From Candidatus Bipolaricaulia bacterium (GTDB lineage: Bacteria; Bipolaricaulota; Bipolaricaulia; RBG-16-55-9): a DNA stretch of 47,998 nucleotides. The notes beneath the pieces were generated by a model. The model worked only from the letters and a program-made list of their open reading frames with translations, was not told the DNA's origin and did not search any database. The DNA lies in the NCBI GenBank assembly GCA_042219045.1, contig JBDGQO010000037.1, forward strand, positions 1-47,998, in the 5' to 3' direction. Below, piece by piece: positions 34,192 to 44,300 of the stretch (within the stretch, counting starts at the first letter, position 1; each line of letters begins with the position of its first letter). The position numbers and the translations under genes are program-made.

Positions 34192-37100
34192 CTAGGGCCG
34201 TCCGCGCGAGAGCGTCTGAGTGGTGTCGGGAAGTGGAGGAGCCTGACGGGGAAACGGGGCCGACAGAATGATCCGGACCGATTCATCAGGGCGGTACAAG
34301 TGCTGCCGGATAAACACTCGGGCCTGCGAGGGACCCTCCGATCCTTTCACCTGAGCCGTAAACTGGAGCGTATGGGGATCCGGGTCAACGCGGCGATCAA
34401 AGCGTCGGGGAGGAGCCGCGTGGCGGCGCAGCAGGCGCAGCAGCGCCCACTGCCCACCGTACCGGTAGGTTACGGTGCGGGCCGAGGCGTCCACGGTGGC
34501 CCGGGTTGCTTCGACAGGCCGGGTCGGAGCGTCGGAGGCCCAGCGAAGGCGCACGACCACCCGGTCGCCGGCGGCCCAGTGCAAGGTATCGCTGCGCCCG
34601 TACGAGGCCCGCTCGCCCCCGACCCGCATGTGCCACCCAATCACCTGATCGCCCAGAACCTCGCGGTCCCGATTTACGCGAAAGATGGGAACCACGTCGA
34701 CCGTCGGGACCGGATAGGTGGAGGGCCGGTCAAGGAACGCCCCGAAGAACGGGCGCAGCTTCTCGATGCGGCCCAAAAATCTCCACGCGGGTCCCGTCGT
34801 CATTCCCGCTTGTCGCCAGACGGGACGGTAGGTCGACATGTAGCGGTCGTAGCGCCTGTAGAAGCGCCGCACGTCGCTCGGCGGCGCACCTCGTACGGCT
34901 CCACTGTCGGCCAGGGCGGCGAAGGGGAAGCGGCCGCCGAGCTGTTGATTGAAAAATGAGGCGAGACGTCGGTACCGCTGACGGGTCCGTTGAAGGGCCA
35001 GTTCGCGGCTCCGCCTGTATAGCTTTCGCCGAAGCAAGTTGCGCTTCTGCAAGAAGAAGTTGCTGCTCTGCTGGGACACCCGGCTCGCTGGAGTCTGCAG
35101 AAAGTAGGAGACCGGATGAACCCCGCTCATTTCCGAAGTAAAGAAGTCCTCGAGAATGGAGAGGGCATTCCCTGCGGTCTTGTTCTGGTGCCGGCGGAGA
35201 GCCTGTCGAATGCCCTGCCACTTCGAGACGAGTTCCCGGTCGGCAACCTGCAGCTTGCCCTCCCACTTCGCCAGAAAGGAGAGAGCCGGACCGGCCACCT
35301 CTTGAGCCAAAAACGTCATCTGCTCCCGCTGGAGCTTTAAGTAGCGTTTAACCTCCTGGGAGTCCCGGGCATTGACGACCGCCAGGTTCGGAGAGCGCCG
35401 TCCCTGCCATTGCTCGAAGGCCGACTCCCCAACGCCATAGAGGTTTTGGGCCATGAGGAGATTGTCCACTGATTTCAGGAGTGCATATGCATCCTGAGCT
35501 GTGACCCGGGCCAGCTTCCGCCGGGCCGTGTCCATGTTGAGTTCCCCCTGAATGGTAAGCGCGGTGTTAAGGGGAGTGAGGGCCTTTCGGAACCGGTCGG
35601 CCCGCCGCTGGAGCTGGACCTCTAGGCGGCTTACGCTTCCCCTCGACACGCTCAACGCGTACGACTGGGCCCGCCCGAGATGCTGTGTGAGATGGCTGCT
35701 GAGACCAGCGGCGGCCACCTGCCGGACTGTCTGCCGCATTGATGGCGGGAATTTCGAGAGCCCTTTCGTGGTCACGCTATCGTAGACCTGAATATGACGG
35801 ACAATCTGCTGGAGCTCCCGGTCATTCCACCGCAGCCTACGACCCGGTGGAATCGTAGCCCGGAGGGTTTGCTTCCCCGGGATCGGCTTCATGAAGGGCT
35901 GGTCTAAGAGCTTTCCAAGCGCGTCTCGGAGCGCCGCCACGTCCGCAGCCCAGGCGCGTTGAATTTGTCCCTGGGTCTGCTTGAGCAGGGGACCGGTCAT
36001 GTTTGAGCGAACGTTCGAGAGCCGATTCTGAAGCCGGTCGACGGCCGCGTTGCCCCCCGACCGAATATCGCTCGCGAGGCCCGGCGCCATCAGCGATGAG
36101 GTGTCGCTGAAGGCGAGAAAGGGGCCGTAAACCTGCTCTAGGGCTAGAGTGTCGGCCGTCAGCCAGCGGCTCTCCGGATCCTTGAGAATGGCCTCGACCT
36201 TCGTGATGCCGGCCCGCACTGAGCGAAGCTCCTTCTCTTCTCCCGCACTGCTGAGGTTGGTACCCACGGACACCGTTCCAAGGCGGTCAATCTGGTCAGC
36301 CAGCCGTTGCAGTCGTTCAATCACACCGTACCTCCGGGGAAGCGCATCATTGAACTGCTGCGCGTAGCGGCGCATCTTGTCCGTGGCGGGCGATCGGTAG
36401 CGTCGCAGGAGGACGGAATCGGACCGTACACTTTTCAGGGCATCCCTGTATACGTCCGGCGATCGATCGAGCGTGGCCTGGATCTGCACGTCGAAGAGAT
36501 ACTTCGCCAGACGTCCGAAGTGGTTGAGATTCGGGCGAGTCGCCAATCCATTGTAGCGCTGGGCCGCCCGCTCCAGCGCCGAAAGGTCCTGGGTGTATCC
36601 CGACCAAGCCTGATAGGACGGCATGGCCTCCAGCGTGAGCGTATCCGCGGCGGCCGCGGCCGATCGACCCGATCGTAGATCGCCCGTAACGAGCCGCTCA
36701 GCCCGGAGCCGGAGGACCGAACGCATCGAGCGGAGAATGACCTTGTCGTAGGCCGTGGCGATGGCTTCGTCGATCTGCTCTTCGACGGAGCCAACCCAGG
36801 AGGCCGGAATCAGCAGGGAGGTCAGGTCTGTCGACGTGGCCCTTCCCGTCCTTTGGAGGAGGGAGGTGGCCAATTTCTTGAAGGCCAGTTTCTGCCCGGC
36901 CGACGCTCCTCCGGACTGCCCCGCGGTCTCCTGCCACTGATTGACTTGTTCGATGCTGTTTTGCGCGTTCTGCAGAATCGGTACAAGGGCGCTGCGCTCC
37001 TCACTTAGATCATTGCCTGCGTACCAGAGACCGAAAACCCCGAGCAAGGCAAGCGCAACGATGCCTCCCTGCACCGCCCAGGTGGCCCGCTGTTGCCAGC

Positions 37101-38346
37101 TTTGGGCGGCGGCCACCGGACGAGCAAGCTTTCCCTCTTCGAAGATCTTCGACCGGAAGAGATCTGCTAAGAAGGCCGGGCTTGGGGCCTGCTCTGCCTG
37201 CCCCTGAACCTGTTCTCCGGCCCCGGTCTCCCGATCTCCAGTCAAGTAGATGCCCCGCAGCATGAAGCCCTCATGGTAGGCACTCTGCCTGAACAGCTCT
37301 TCGAGGTAGGTGCTCAGTCGCTCTTTCACCTCGTCGAGCAAGTCTGGGAAGAGGAAAAACTCATCCCGATTCTCGGTCTGAATGTCGTCGCCGAGCGCGC
37401 GGATCTGGGCGTAATGAAGGTCCTCGTAAAGCACCTCGAAAGCATCCTCCACCCAATCGTTCGTGTAGGCGGCATCCACGGAATGAGGATTCGACCAGCC
37501 GAGCATGTCGTCGGTCCGTTCATCGGGGATCTCCTCGCAGAAGGCTTCAAAGCCCGGAACAGCGTCGCACTTTGTGAGCACGACGTACACCGGAAGCCGG
37601 AGTCCGAGCTTCCGCTGCAGGTCCCGCAGTCGATTATGGAGGCGGGCCGCCTTCGTCTCGATGTCGGCCGTCGACAAGGCCGCCTCGCCAACAAGATCGG
37701 TACAGGGAATGGTGAGCACGATCCCGTTCAGGGGCTGTCGCGACCGGTATTTGCGCAGTTGGCTGAGGATGCTCGACCACCCCTGGTCTGACGTCTTCCC
37801 GTCGGATCGGTAGAGGTACTTGCCGGGGACGTCGATCACGAGGGCCTGGTTATAAAACCACCAGTTGCATCCCTTCTGTCGAGGCGGCGCGTCCTCGTCG
37901 GAACGAAGGGGCGAGACCGGCGTCTCGAGTCGAAGGTTTTCCAGAAGGGTCGTCTTTCCGCTTCCCTCCTCGCCCAGAAGTGCAAACCAGGGAAGCTCGT
38001 AGCGATAGCTGTGACCGGTCAGGCGCAGAAACCAGTCGAAGTGGTAGCCCCGCTTCCGCATCAAGCGGCGGAGCTGGCGCATGGCCTCCCGGAACGACTC
38101 CCGAATACCGGCGAGGCTTTCCTCTTCCGCGTCCTCCTTCCAGGAAGCAACTCCGGAGGAAGATCCTTCCGACGCCTCAGAGGGGGCCGAGACGCGCTTC
38201 TTCGCCCACAGCACGACAAAAAGCCGCGCGAGGATGAGCACCACCAGAATCCCGATCGCCACCAGGATATACGGCATCAGGGAGGGCAGATCCTGGAGGA
38301 GGCGGCGCCCGTAGGTTTCAAGTGTGCTTCGTAGGGTGCTCCACAT
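34192..38346 (-). CDS. tssM: Type VI secretion membrane complex protein TssM/IcmF
   Basis: N-terminal TM; LPWFALLGEEGSGKTTLL (Walker A); CNWWF; QPLNGIVL; LPVYVVLTKCD; LRGIYLTG; second TM; periplasmic GRFPF and G.WALLRLL. Confidence 0.94.
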   Translation of the reverse strand: MWSTLRSTLETYGRRLLQDLPSLMPYILVAIGILVVLILARLFVVLWAKKRVSAPSEASEGSSSGVASWKEDAEEESLAGIRESFREAMRQLRRLMRKRGYHFDWFLRLTGHSYRYELPWFALLGEEGSGKTTLLENLRLETPVSPLRSDEDAPPRQKGCNWWFYNQALVIDVPGKYLYRSDGKTSDQGWSSILSQLRKYRSRQPLNGIVLTIPCTDLVGEAALSTADIETKAARLHNRLRDLQRKLGLRLPVYVVLTKCDAVPGFEAFCEEIPDERTDDMLGWSNPHSVDAAYTNDWVEDAFEVLYEDLHYAQIRALGDDIQTENRDEFFLFPDLLDEVKERLSTYLEELFRQSAYHEGFMLRGIYLTGDRETGAGEQVQGQAEQAPSPAFLADLFRSKIFEEGKLARPVAAAQSWQQRATWAVQGGIVALALLGVFGLWYAGNDLSEERSALVPILQNAQNSIEQVNQWQETAGQSGGASAGQKLAFKKLATSLLQRTGRATSTDLTSLLIPASWVGSVEEQIDEAIATAYDKVILRSMRSVLRLRAERLVTGDLRSGRSAAAAADTLTLEAMPSYQAWSGYTQDLSALERAAQRYNGLATRPNLNHFGRLAKYLFDVQIQATLDRSPDVYRDALKSVRSDSVLLRRYRSPATDKMRRYAQQFNDALPRRYGVIERLQRLADQIDRLGTVSVGTNLSSAGEEKELRSVRAGITKVEAILKDPESRWLTADTLALEQVYGPFLAFSDTSSLMAPGLASDIRSGGNAAVDRLQNRLSNVRSNMTGPLLKQTQGQIQRAWAADVAALRDALGKLLDQPFMKPIPGKQTLRATIPPGRRLRWNDRELQQIVRHIQVYDSVTTKGLSKFPPSMRQTVRQVAAAGLSSHLTQHLGRAQSYALSVSRGSVSRLEVQLQRRADRFRKALTPLNTALTIQGELNMDTARRKLARVTAQDAYALLKSVDNLLMAQNLYGVGESAFEQWQGRRSPNLAVVNARDSQEVKRYLKLQREQMTFLAQEVAGPALSFLAKWEGKLQVADRELVSKWQGIRQALRRHQNKTAGNALSILEDFFTSEMSGVHPVSYFLQTPASRVSQQSSNFFLQKRNLLRRKLYRRSRELALQRTRQRYRRLASFFNQQLGGRFPFAALADSGAVRGAPPSDVRRFYRRYDRYMSTYRPVWRQAGMTTGPAWRFLGRIEKLRPFFGAFLDRPSTYPVPTVDVVPIFRVNRDREVLGDQVIGWHMRVGGERASYGRSDTLHWAAGDRVVVRLRWASDAPTRPVEATRATVDASARTVTYRYGGQWALLRLLRRHAAPPRRFDRRVDPDPHTLQFTAQVKGSEGPSQARVFIRQHLYRPDESVRIILSAPFPRQAPPLPDTTQTLSRGRP

Positions 38347-38401
38347 AGAGGGTCACACGTCGAACAACAGAGCGCTGCCGAGCAGCGCAGGGCCAATCGA
38401 A

Positions 38402-39208
38402 CTAAGGAATTCTCAGCACTTCTCGGGCAAGATCCGGAAGATCATCGGTGTACCACCACCATAGCGTCGTCGAAACAACAAGGTAGAGTACCCCCGTTGC
38501 GATTAGGCTTCCAACCCACCATCGAAGATTCGGCAGCAGTTGCGTTTCTCCTCGATCCAGGGTATGGCGATAGGCCGACGAGGATAGCGGGCGGCTTGGA
38601 TCGAGCTTCTGGGGGTCACGACGCTTGACGTACTGATGGAGGCGCTTTCGGTAGTCCGCCAGGGCGGAGGCGTCTTGGGTGTCCCGATACTGGCCTTCAA
38701 ATCCCAGCGTGAGGATATACAGATAGACCGTCGCCACCTCGACCTCCGATGACTGTTCCTGCAGAAGACGGTCGATGATGTCGAATACCCGTACGCCTGC
38801 GTTCTGCGAGTCAAACTGGCGGGACTCCAGGAGATGATCGTACCAGTAGTCCCGTCCGCTCCACTCAACGTTCAAAAAGACCTCGTCCGTGAGGGCGACC
38901 ATAGCATACTGGATAAGTTCGTATCGCTGCCGCAGGGACTCCCCCCCGCGGCGTCGCACGGCTTGCTCCTGCGTGTTGAACATGGAAACGAATTGCTCCT
39001 GCAGATCGGCCGCCGTGGATGGAGACGCCTCCTGGTCGCCTCCGCTCTCGCTTACCGACACGTACGTTCCCCGCTTGACCTGCCGCTTTCGCCGAGCCAG
39101 TTCTGCGTAAAAGGACCGGAACTGGCGGACCAGAAACGACTCGGCTGCCCCCTCCTCTTCTCGGGGGATGCCCAGGTTAGACCAGTATCCGTCTGCGCCG
39201 GTGGTCAT
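38402..39208 (-). CDS. tssL: Type VI secretion membrane protein TssL/DotU (no OmpA extension)
   Basis: YAMVALTDE.FL...W...LLE..F....AG..VF, LTLGFEGQYR, single C-terminal TM. Confidence 0.93.
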   Translation of the reverse strand: MTTGADGYWSNLGIPREEEGAAESFLVRQFRSFYAELARRKRQVKRGTYVSVSESGGDQEASPSTAADLQEQFVSMFNTQEQAVRRRGGESLRQRYELIQYAMVALTDEVFLNVEWSGRDYWYDHLLESRQFDSQNAGVRVFDIIDRLLQEQSSEVEVATVYLYILTLGFEGQYRDTQDASALADYRKRLHQYVKRRDPQKLDPSRPLSSSAYRHTLDRGETQLLPNLRWWVGSLIATGVLYLVVSTTLWWWYTDDLPDLAREVLRIP

Positions 39209-40548
39209 TCTTGACCCTCCTCTTCTTTTACGTACAGCGTTAGCTCGAGGGGACGATCCTGGGACTCCCGTTCCTCGCCCCGCCGTACGACGAGGTCGCT
39301 CCCGGGCTCGATAAACTCCGAGTCGGCGTCGAGCCGAAAGAGTACGGCGTTCCGACCCGGAACGAGGTCACCGGCCCGCTCGATTGGAGCACGGTCTACG
39401 CCCAGAATGCGGCGCTCACGCATCGTGCCAATGCGCGAGGCCGCTCCGATGAGACAGTTTTCCCCCCACCGTCGGAGTTCTTCTTTTTGCTGGTCGGTGC
39501 GGCCCCGTATCCCGAGTACCAGATCGGTTTCTTGCCAGCGTTCCTCGAACTCAAGAGCAAAGCCCTCATCCGTCTTCCGAAATCGAACCGGGGCATACGT
39601 CTCCTGGATGCCCTCCGAGACCGCCCGGACGATGTAGGAGACGACCTCCCCAAAGCAGGATCGCAGGGCCGCGTGATCGTACTCGGAGAAGGTCGGGGAT
39701 ACCATTCGGCGCGTCAGCCGGGCCACATCGCCCGCCATACGGCAGAGTCCCTGGTAGAGCGTGAACGGATGCACGCGCTCGCTTCGGAGTTGGGCCTCAA
39801 GCCGCGGTAGCTCCGCCGTGAGGGCGTGGATCTTCTGCTTGCCTTCCATTTCTGAAACGGAGCCGGGCTCGACAGCGGGAGACCGGAGGCGCTCACTGAG
39901 AGAGCGGGCCTTTCTGCGGATGCGCTCGAAGAGAGACTGGCAGACGTCTCCAATTCCGGAGTCAAGGGGGACATCGAGGCGAGGGGGCACGTAATCGGTG
40001 AGAGCAAATCCGTCCTCCGTGTTTTCGACTTTTGCAATTGGAAGGGTCACGTACTGACTGGGGGGAGCGTCGGCTACCAGAAGTCGGAGACGAGGCGCAC
40101 GACGTGGAATGCGGATCGGGCGAGAGCCGGTCGTTCGGTCGACCACTTGGTTTCCCTCCACGGATCGGTAACGGTCCGGAGTACTTTCTCTCTCGGAGGC
40201 CGCCCGGGTCGGAAGCGCCACATGGACAGTCACGGGGGCCTCCTTGGCCTCGTCCGCGTGGTCACTCAAATCGACCTCGAGATCGGTTTCCTCTTCCGAC
40301 GTGTGCGCAACCGGGGTCCCATCCGGAAGCACGGCATCAAGGGACAGTACCCGACACGCTCCTTCAACTACGAGCACCTCGTCGAAGTCGACGGACCGAA
40401 TGCCCCAGTAATAGGGCTGGAGCCGCTCCGCGTGGTAGGCATGCAGTTGCTCCTGACGCCGACCTGAGACCTGAAAGTGTTGAGGGGCGAGCATCATGCC
40501 TTCGTGCCACTGAATGGCGTCAGGAATGTCGTCGGCCGACTGGCTCAT
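39205..40548 (-). CDS. tssK: Type VI secretion baseplate TssK
   Basis: IQWHEGMMLAPQHFQ, YYWG, AVLPDGT, DYVPP.L, HP..LY. Confidence 0.94.
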   Translation of the reverse strand: MSQSADDIPDAIQWHEGMMLAPQHFQVSGRRQEQLHAYHAERLQPYYWGIRSVDFDEVLVVEGACRVLSLDAVLPDGTPVAHTSEEETDLEVDLSDHADEAKEAPVTVHVALPTRAASERESTPDRYRSVEGNQVVDRTTGSRPIRIPRRAPRLRLLVADAPPSQYVTLPIAKVENTEDGFALTDYVPPRLDVPLDSGIGDVCQSLFERIRRKARSLSERLRSPAVEPGSVSEMEGKQKIHALTAELPRLEAQLRSERVHPFTLYQGLCRMAGDVARLTRRMVSPTFSEYDHAALRSCFGEVVSYIVRAVSEGIQETYAPVRFRKTDEGFALEFEERWQETDLVLGIRGRTDQQKEELRRWGENCLIGAASRIGTMRERRILGVDRAPIERAGDLVPGRNAVLFRLDADSEFIEPGSDLVVRRGEERESQDRPLELTLYVKEEEGQE

Positions 40549-40612
40549 GTGTTGGTTCGAATCCGGGGCATGCTTGGTGAAAATGCACCATTCGACACTG
40601 CCTTCCTCCTCC

Positions 40613-41062
40613 CTACGGGGTCACTCGGGCCTGAAAGTTCGTTTGGTTGAGCTCAAGCTCAAGGGGGCGGAAGGGCGGCACCCGAGCCCGATGCGCCCCC
40701 GAAGATTGATATCCCGCGTATACGAACACCGCCCGCGTGAAGAATACCGTCGGGAGCTGTTTCGGAGAAATCGACTGGCCCGGAGTCCACTCCCAGCGCC
40801 ACCACTCAAATCCGTTCGGGTGGCGCCACGCAAGATCCGAACGGCGCTGAAACCACTGGCTCGCGGATAGGGCCGCAAGCGTGTCGGTCAGCGCCGGATC
40901 ATACACGTAGACGACCTCCACCGCCACGGGCATGTCTCGATTGGCCGTATCGGTGGTCCGTACCCTCAGGTCGACGGGACGCCGGTAGTACGGCGCCGAG
41001 CTACAGCCGCCCCCGAGGACGAGGGCAAGCAGTACCACCACCGCAGGAAAAGAGCGGCTCAC
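40613..41062 (-). CDS. tssJ: Type VI secretion lipoprotein TssJ-like
   Basis: Lipobox LGGG-C; AN...PVAV.VV.V.D, QWF..R, WEWTPGQ, VFVYAGY...G.HR; first gene of the tssJKLM block. Confidence 0.82.
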   Translation of the reverse strand: MSRSFPAVVVLLALVLGGGCSSAPYYRRPVDLRVRTTDTANRDMPVAVEVVYVYDPALTDTLAALSASQWFQRRSDLAWRHPNGFEWWRWEWTPGQSISPKQLPTVFFTRAVFVYAGYQSSGAHRARVPPFRPLELELNQTNFQARVTP

Positions 41063-41174
41063 AGGTGCGCGAAGGGGGTCGGTGCGGGGACCGGTGTGCC
41101 GGAGAATACGCGAGGGGAGGCCGACGCATCACGGCACGTTCACAACGCGGCCCACTATCTATCGAACGACTCGC

Positions 41175-41219
41175 GGAAGTGCTACAACATATGTTGCAAA
41201 CCTTCCAACTCATGTTGCA
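41175..41219 (-). promoter_or_regulatory. Operator-like tandem repeat upstream of tssJ
   Basis: Minus strand tgcaacatgagttgg and tgcaacatatgttgt, 21 bp apart; includes the perfect palindrome CAACATATGTTG (41185-41196); 36/45 match to 6008-6052. Confidence 0.72.
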
Positions 41220-41307
41220 GTCCGGTAGCATGCGAGATGAACTCCCCTTCGCAGCGAATTACGACCCACAATCGTTCTCTCTCCCCGCCTTCGGAGCACA
41301 GCCGCTT

Positions 41308-44300
41308 CTACGCTTCTTTCTCGGCGTACTCGGATGGGGAAACGCCCACGTGTTTCCGAAAACTTTCCCCGAAGTAACTGAGGCTGTTGAAGCCCACCGC
41401 GTACGCGACCTCGCTCACCGTGCCGGCCCCTCTGCGCAGGAGCCGCGCCCCGTGCTCGACCCGAACCTGACGAATGAATTGAGACGGGGTTTGTCCCGTC
41501 TCGTCCTTGAGCCGACGATACAACGTAGACCGGCTCGTCGCGACCTCCCCAGCAACCTCTTCCACGGTCAGATCCGGATCGGCAAGGTTCTCTTCGACGG
41601 CCCGGCGTACCTTTCGAACGAACGTCGGCTCCTCTTCGTTCGGTTTGATCGGCACCATCATTTGGGGAGGTTCCAGGGCCGGAGGCTTCAACTCAGGCGG
41701 ATCCGTGCCGTCACCGGACCGCGTCCCCGAAGCGCTGCTGCGAAACGGAGAGTCTTCCGGGGAGCGTGGAGCGTCGCTCCCGTCCCGCAGCTCCGCGCGA
41801 ACGCGACGACGCAGGCGACGGCGCCTCTCAATCTGTCCAAACACTCGGGCCCGAAGTACCTCGGGGTCGAAGGGTTTCGTTACGTAATCGTCCGCGCCGG
41901 CCGAGAGCCCCTCCACTTCCTCCTCCGTTCCGGCCCGGGCCGTGAGCATAATGATCGGAATACACTCGGTGGAGCGGTTGGCCCGCAATCGACGCACCAT
42001 TTCCGTTCCTCGAGTTTCCGGCATCATGGCGTCCACGAGGATGCAGTCCGGCTGTCCCTGCATCGCTCGCACGCATCCTTCCCTGCCGTCCGCCGCCTCC
42101 ACGACGCGAAAGTCGGGGGTCAGCACCGACCGCAAATACGTCCGGAGATCGGGATTGTCGTCGACCACCAGCACGGTCATCCGATCGGCGCCCTGCTCGA
42201 GGTCTTCCGATTCGCGGTCGGCGGCGGGAGGAAACGCCGTCGGAGGGGCGTTGGGAGTTCGGCCTTCGGCTCCCCGGTCGGGGCCCGGTCTGGGAAACTC
42301 GGGAGCTCCCCGTTCCTCTCGATTCTCAGACGGAGTTCTCTCTTCGTCCGCGGCAAGATGCTCCTCGGCCAAATGTTCGCGGCCGCGCGGCAACCGCACC
42401 GTAAAGGTCGCCCCCTCGCCGGGAGTGCTCTCGACCGATACAGTGCCGCCGTTAAGGTCGACCAGGTCCTGCACAAATGCCAGCCCGATACCGACGCCGT
42501 CCTGTTTCGCGGGTTCGGCCTCCCCTCCCGGCTGCGTGAAGCGGTCGAAGATTCCCGCCTGCTGTTCCTGGGGGATGCCCGGGCCCGTATCGGCGACCAC
42601 AATCTCGACGTAGTCGGCGGCTCGCACCCCCGACACCTCCACTCGTCCCCCTTCCGGCGTAAATTTAATCGCATTGGAGAGGAGATTTCCGACGATGTGC
42701 TCCAGCCCTTCGGGGTCGGCGTACACCCGGTCCGCCTCTCCCGTTGCCCCGTCGGTCGAATCGGACCCGGAGGGAACGTTGACCGTCAAGGTGAGCTCCT
42801 TGCGTTCGGCCAACGGTTCAAACCTTCGGGCCACGCGTCTCACCTCGGCCCCGAGGTCGATGGGCTGGGCATTGAGCCGGTAGGTGCCCGCGTCCATTCG
42901 CGCGATGCCGAGGAGCCGTTCTACCAAATCGTGAAGCCGCTGCGCATTCCGCTCGACGAGATCCAGCTGCTCGCGCCATCGGACGGAAAGCTGAGTGCGC
43001 AGGTCCCGCAGCGGGCCCAGAATTAGCGTCAGTGGCGTTCGGAACTCGTGGCTGACGTTGGCAAAGAACCGACTTTTAACCTCGTCGAGCTCCCGGAGCT
43101 TTTCGGCCTGAGCTTCGATCTGATCACGCTGACGCCGGACTTTCTGAGTGCGCTCGGCGACGTCGTCTTCGAGGGCTTCCTGCCGCTTTTCGAGTCGGCG
43201 GACCCGCCATCGATAGGCGCCTCCTCCGAGGCCGAGAAGCGCGAGGCCGCAGAGGAGATAGAACCACGTCGTTTCCCACCAGTGCGGCGCAATGGTGAGT
43301 GTGAGTCGGGCCGGCTTCCGGCTCCAGTTCCCTTCCTCACTTGCGGCCTTCACCTCGAAGGTATACGTTCCGGGCGAGACATCGGTGTAGTGGGCGCGGC
43401 GCTGATCTTCGACGGTCTGCCACGAATCAAATCCGCGAAGTCGATACCGAAAGGACGCGGCCCTCGGCTCGCGGAGATTGAGGCCGGTAAACTCCACGTC
43501 GAACGTCCGCTGGCCGGGAGCCAGGCGAATGGAAGCAGTCTCCGCCCCGGGCATCCGGATGGTCGAGTCGCCGACCGCGAGGTGCTCGATGGCCACGGGG
43601 GGCGGGGCCCGGTCCCGATCCAGGCGGCTCGGATCGAAGACGACCACGCCTCCCTGTGTCGAAAACCAGAGCCGCCCGTCGGTGGTGCGAACGGCCGCCG
43701 GCTGACCGCCGCCGTTGGCCTCCCGGTTGCGCAGGTCGTCGGCCTCGGTATATCCGTGGCTGTCGACCGCTTCGAGGCGCCCGTCGGCGGCGGCAATGAG
43801 CTGGGTCCGCTTGACCCAGAAAATGCCCCGGTTCGAACTCATCCACAGGCGGCCCTGTCCGTCCGGCAGGATCGCATGGATTACGTCGTCGAACAGGCCG
43901 TCTTCCTCCTCCAAACAGTCGATTCGGTCATCTCCAAGGTCCACCGTGCCCCGCCGGTCGATGCGGCACAGCCCTTCCCCTTCGGTTCCAACCCACAGAT
44001 ACCCGTCTGCGCCCTCGTGGAGGGACCGGATGAGGTTGCTGGACAGACCGTCGGCCGTGGTGACCGGCTGAAAGGTGCCGCCCCGATAGCGGCGGAGCCC
44101 GGCCCCCTTCGTCCCCATCCAAAGGGCTCCGTTATCGACCTGCTCGATGACGCGTACAATGCTTTCCGGTACGCCCTGTGCAGGGCCGAAGCGGGTCCAG
44201 GTCCCGTCGTCCTCGCGGCGAAAAAGCCCGACCTCCGACCCGACCCACAGGCGTCCCGAGTTGTCTTCGTAAAACACGCGAACCCGCTTTGACGGTCCCC

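Noticed and set aside
41065..44292. Long plus-strand ORFs (653 aa, 414 aa) opposite the hybrid sensor kinase
   Set aside because: Antisense shadows typical of high-GC coding DNA; no motifs; the minus strand holds a clear multi-domain gene.
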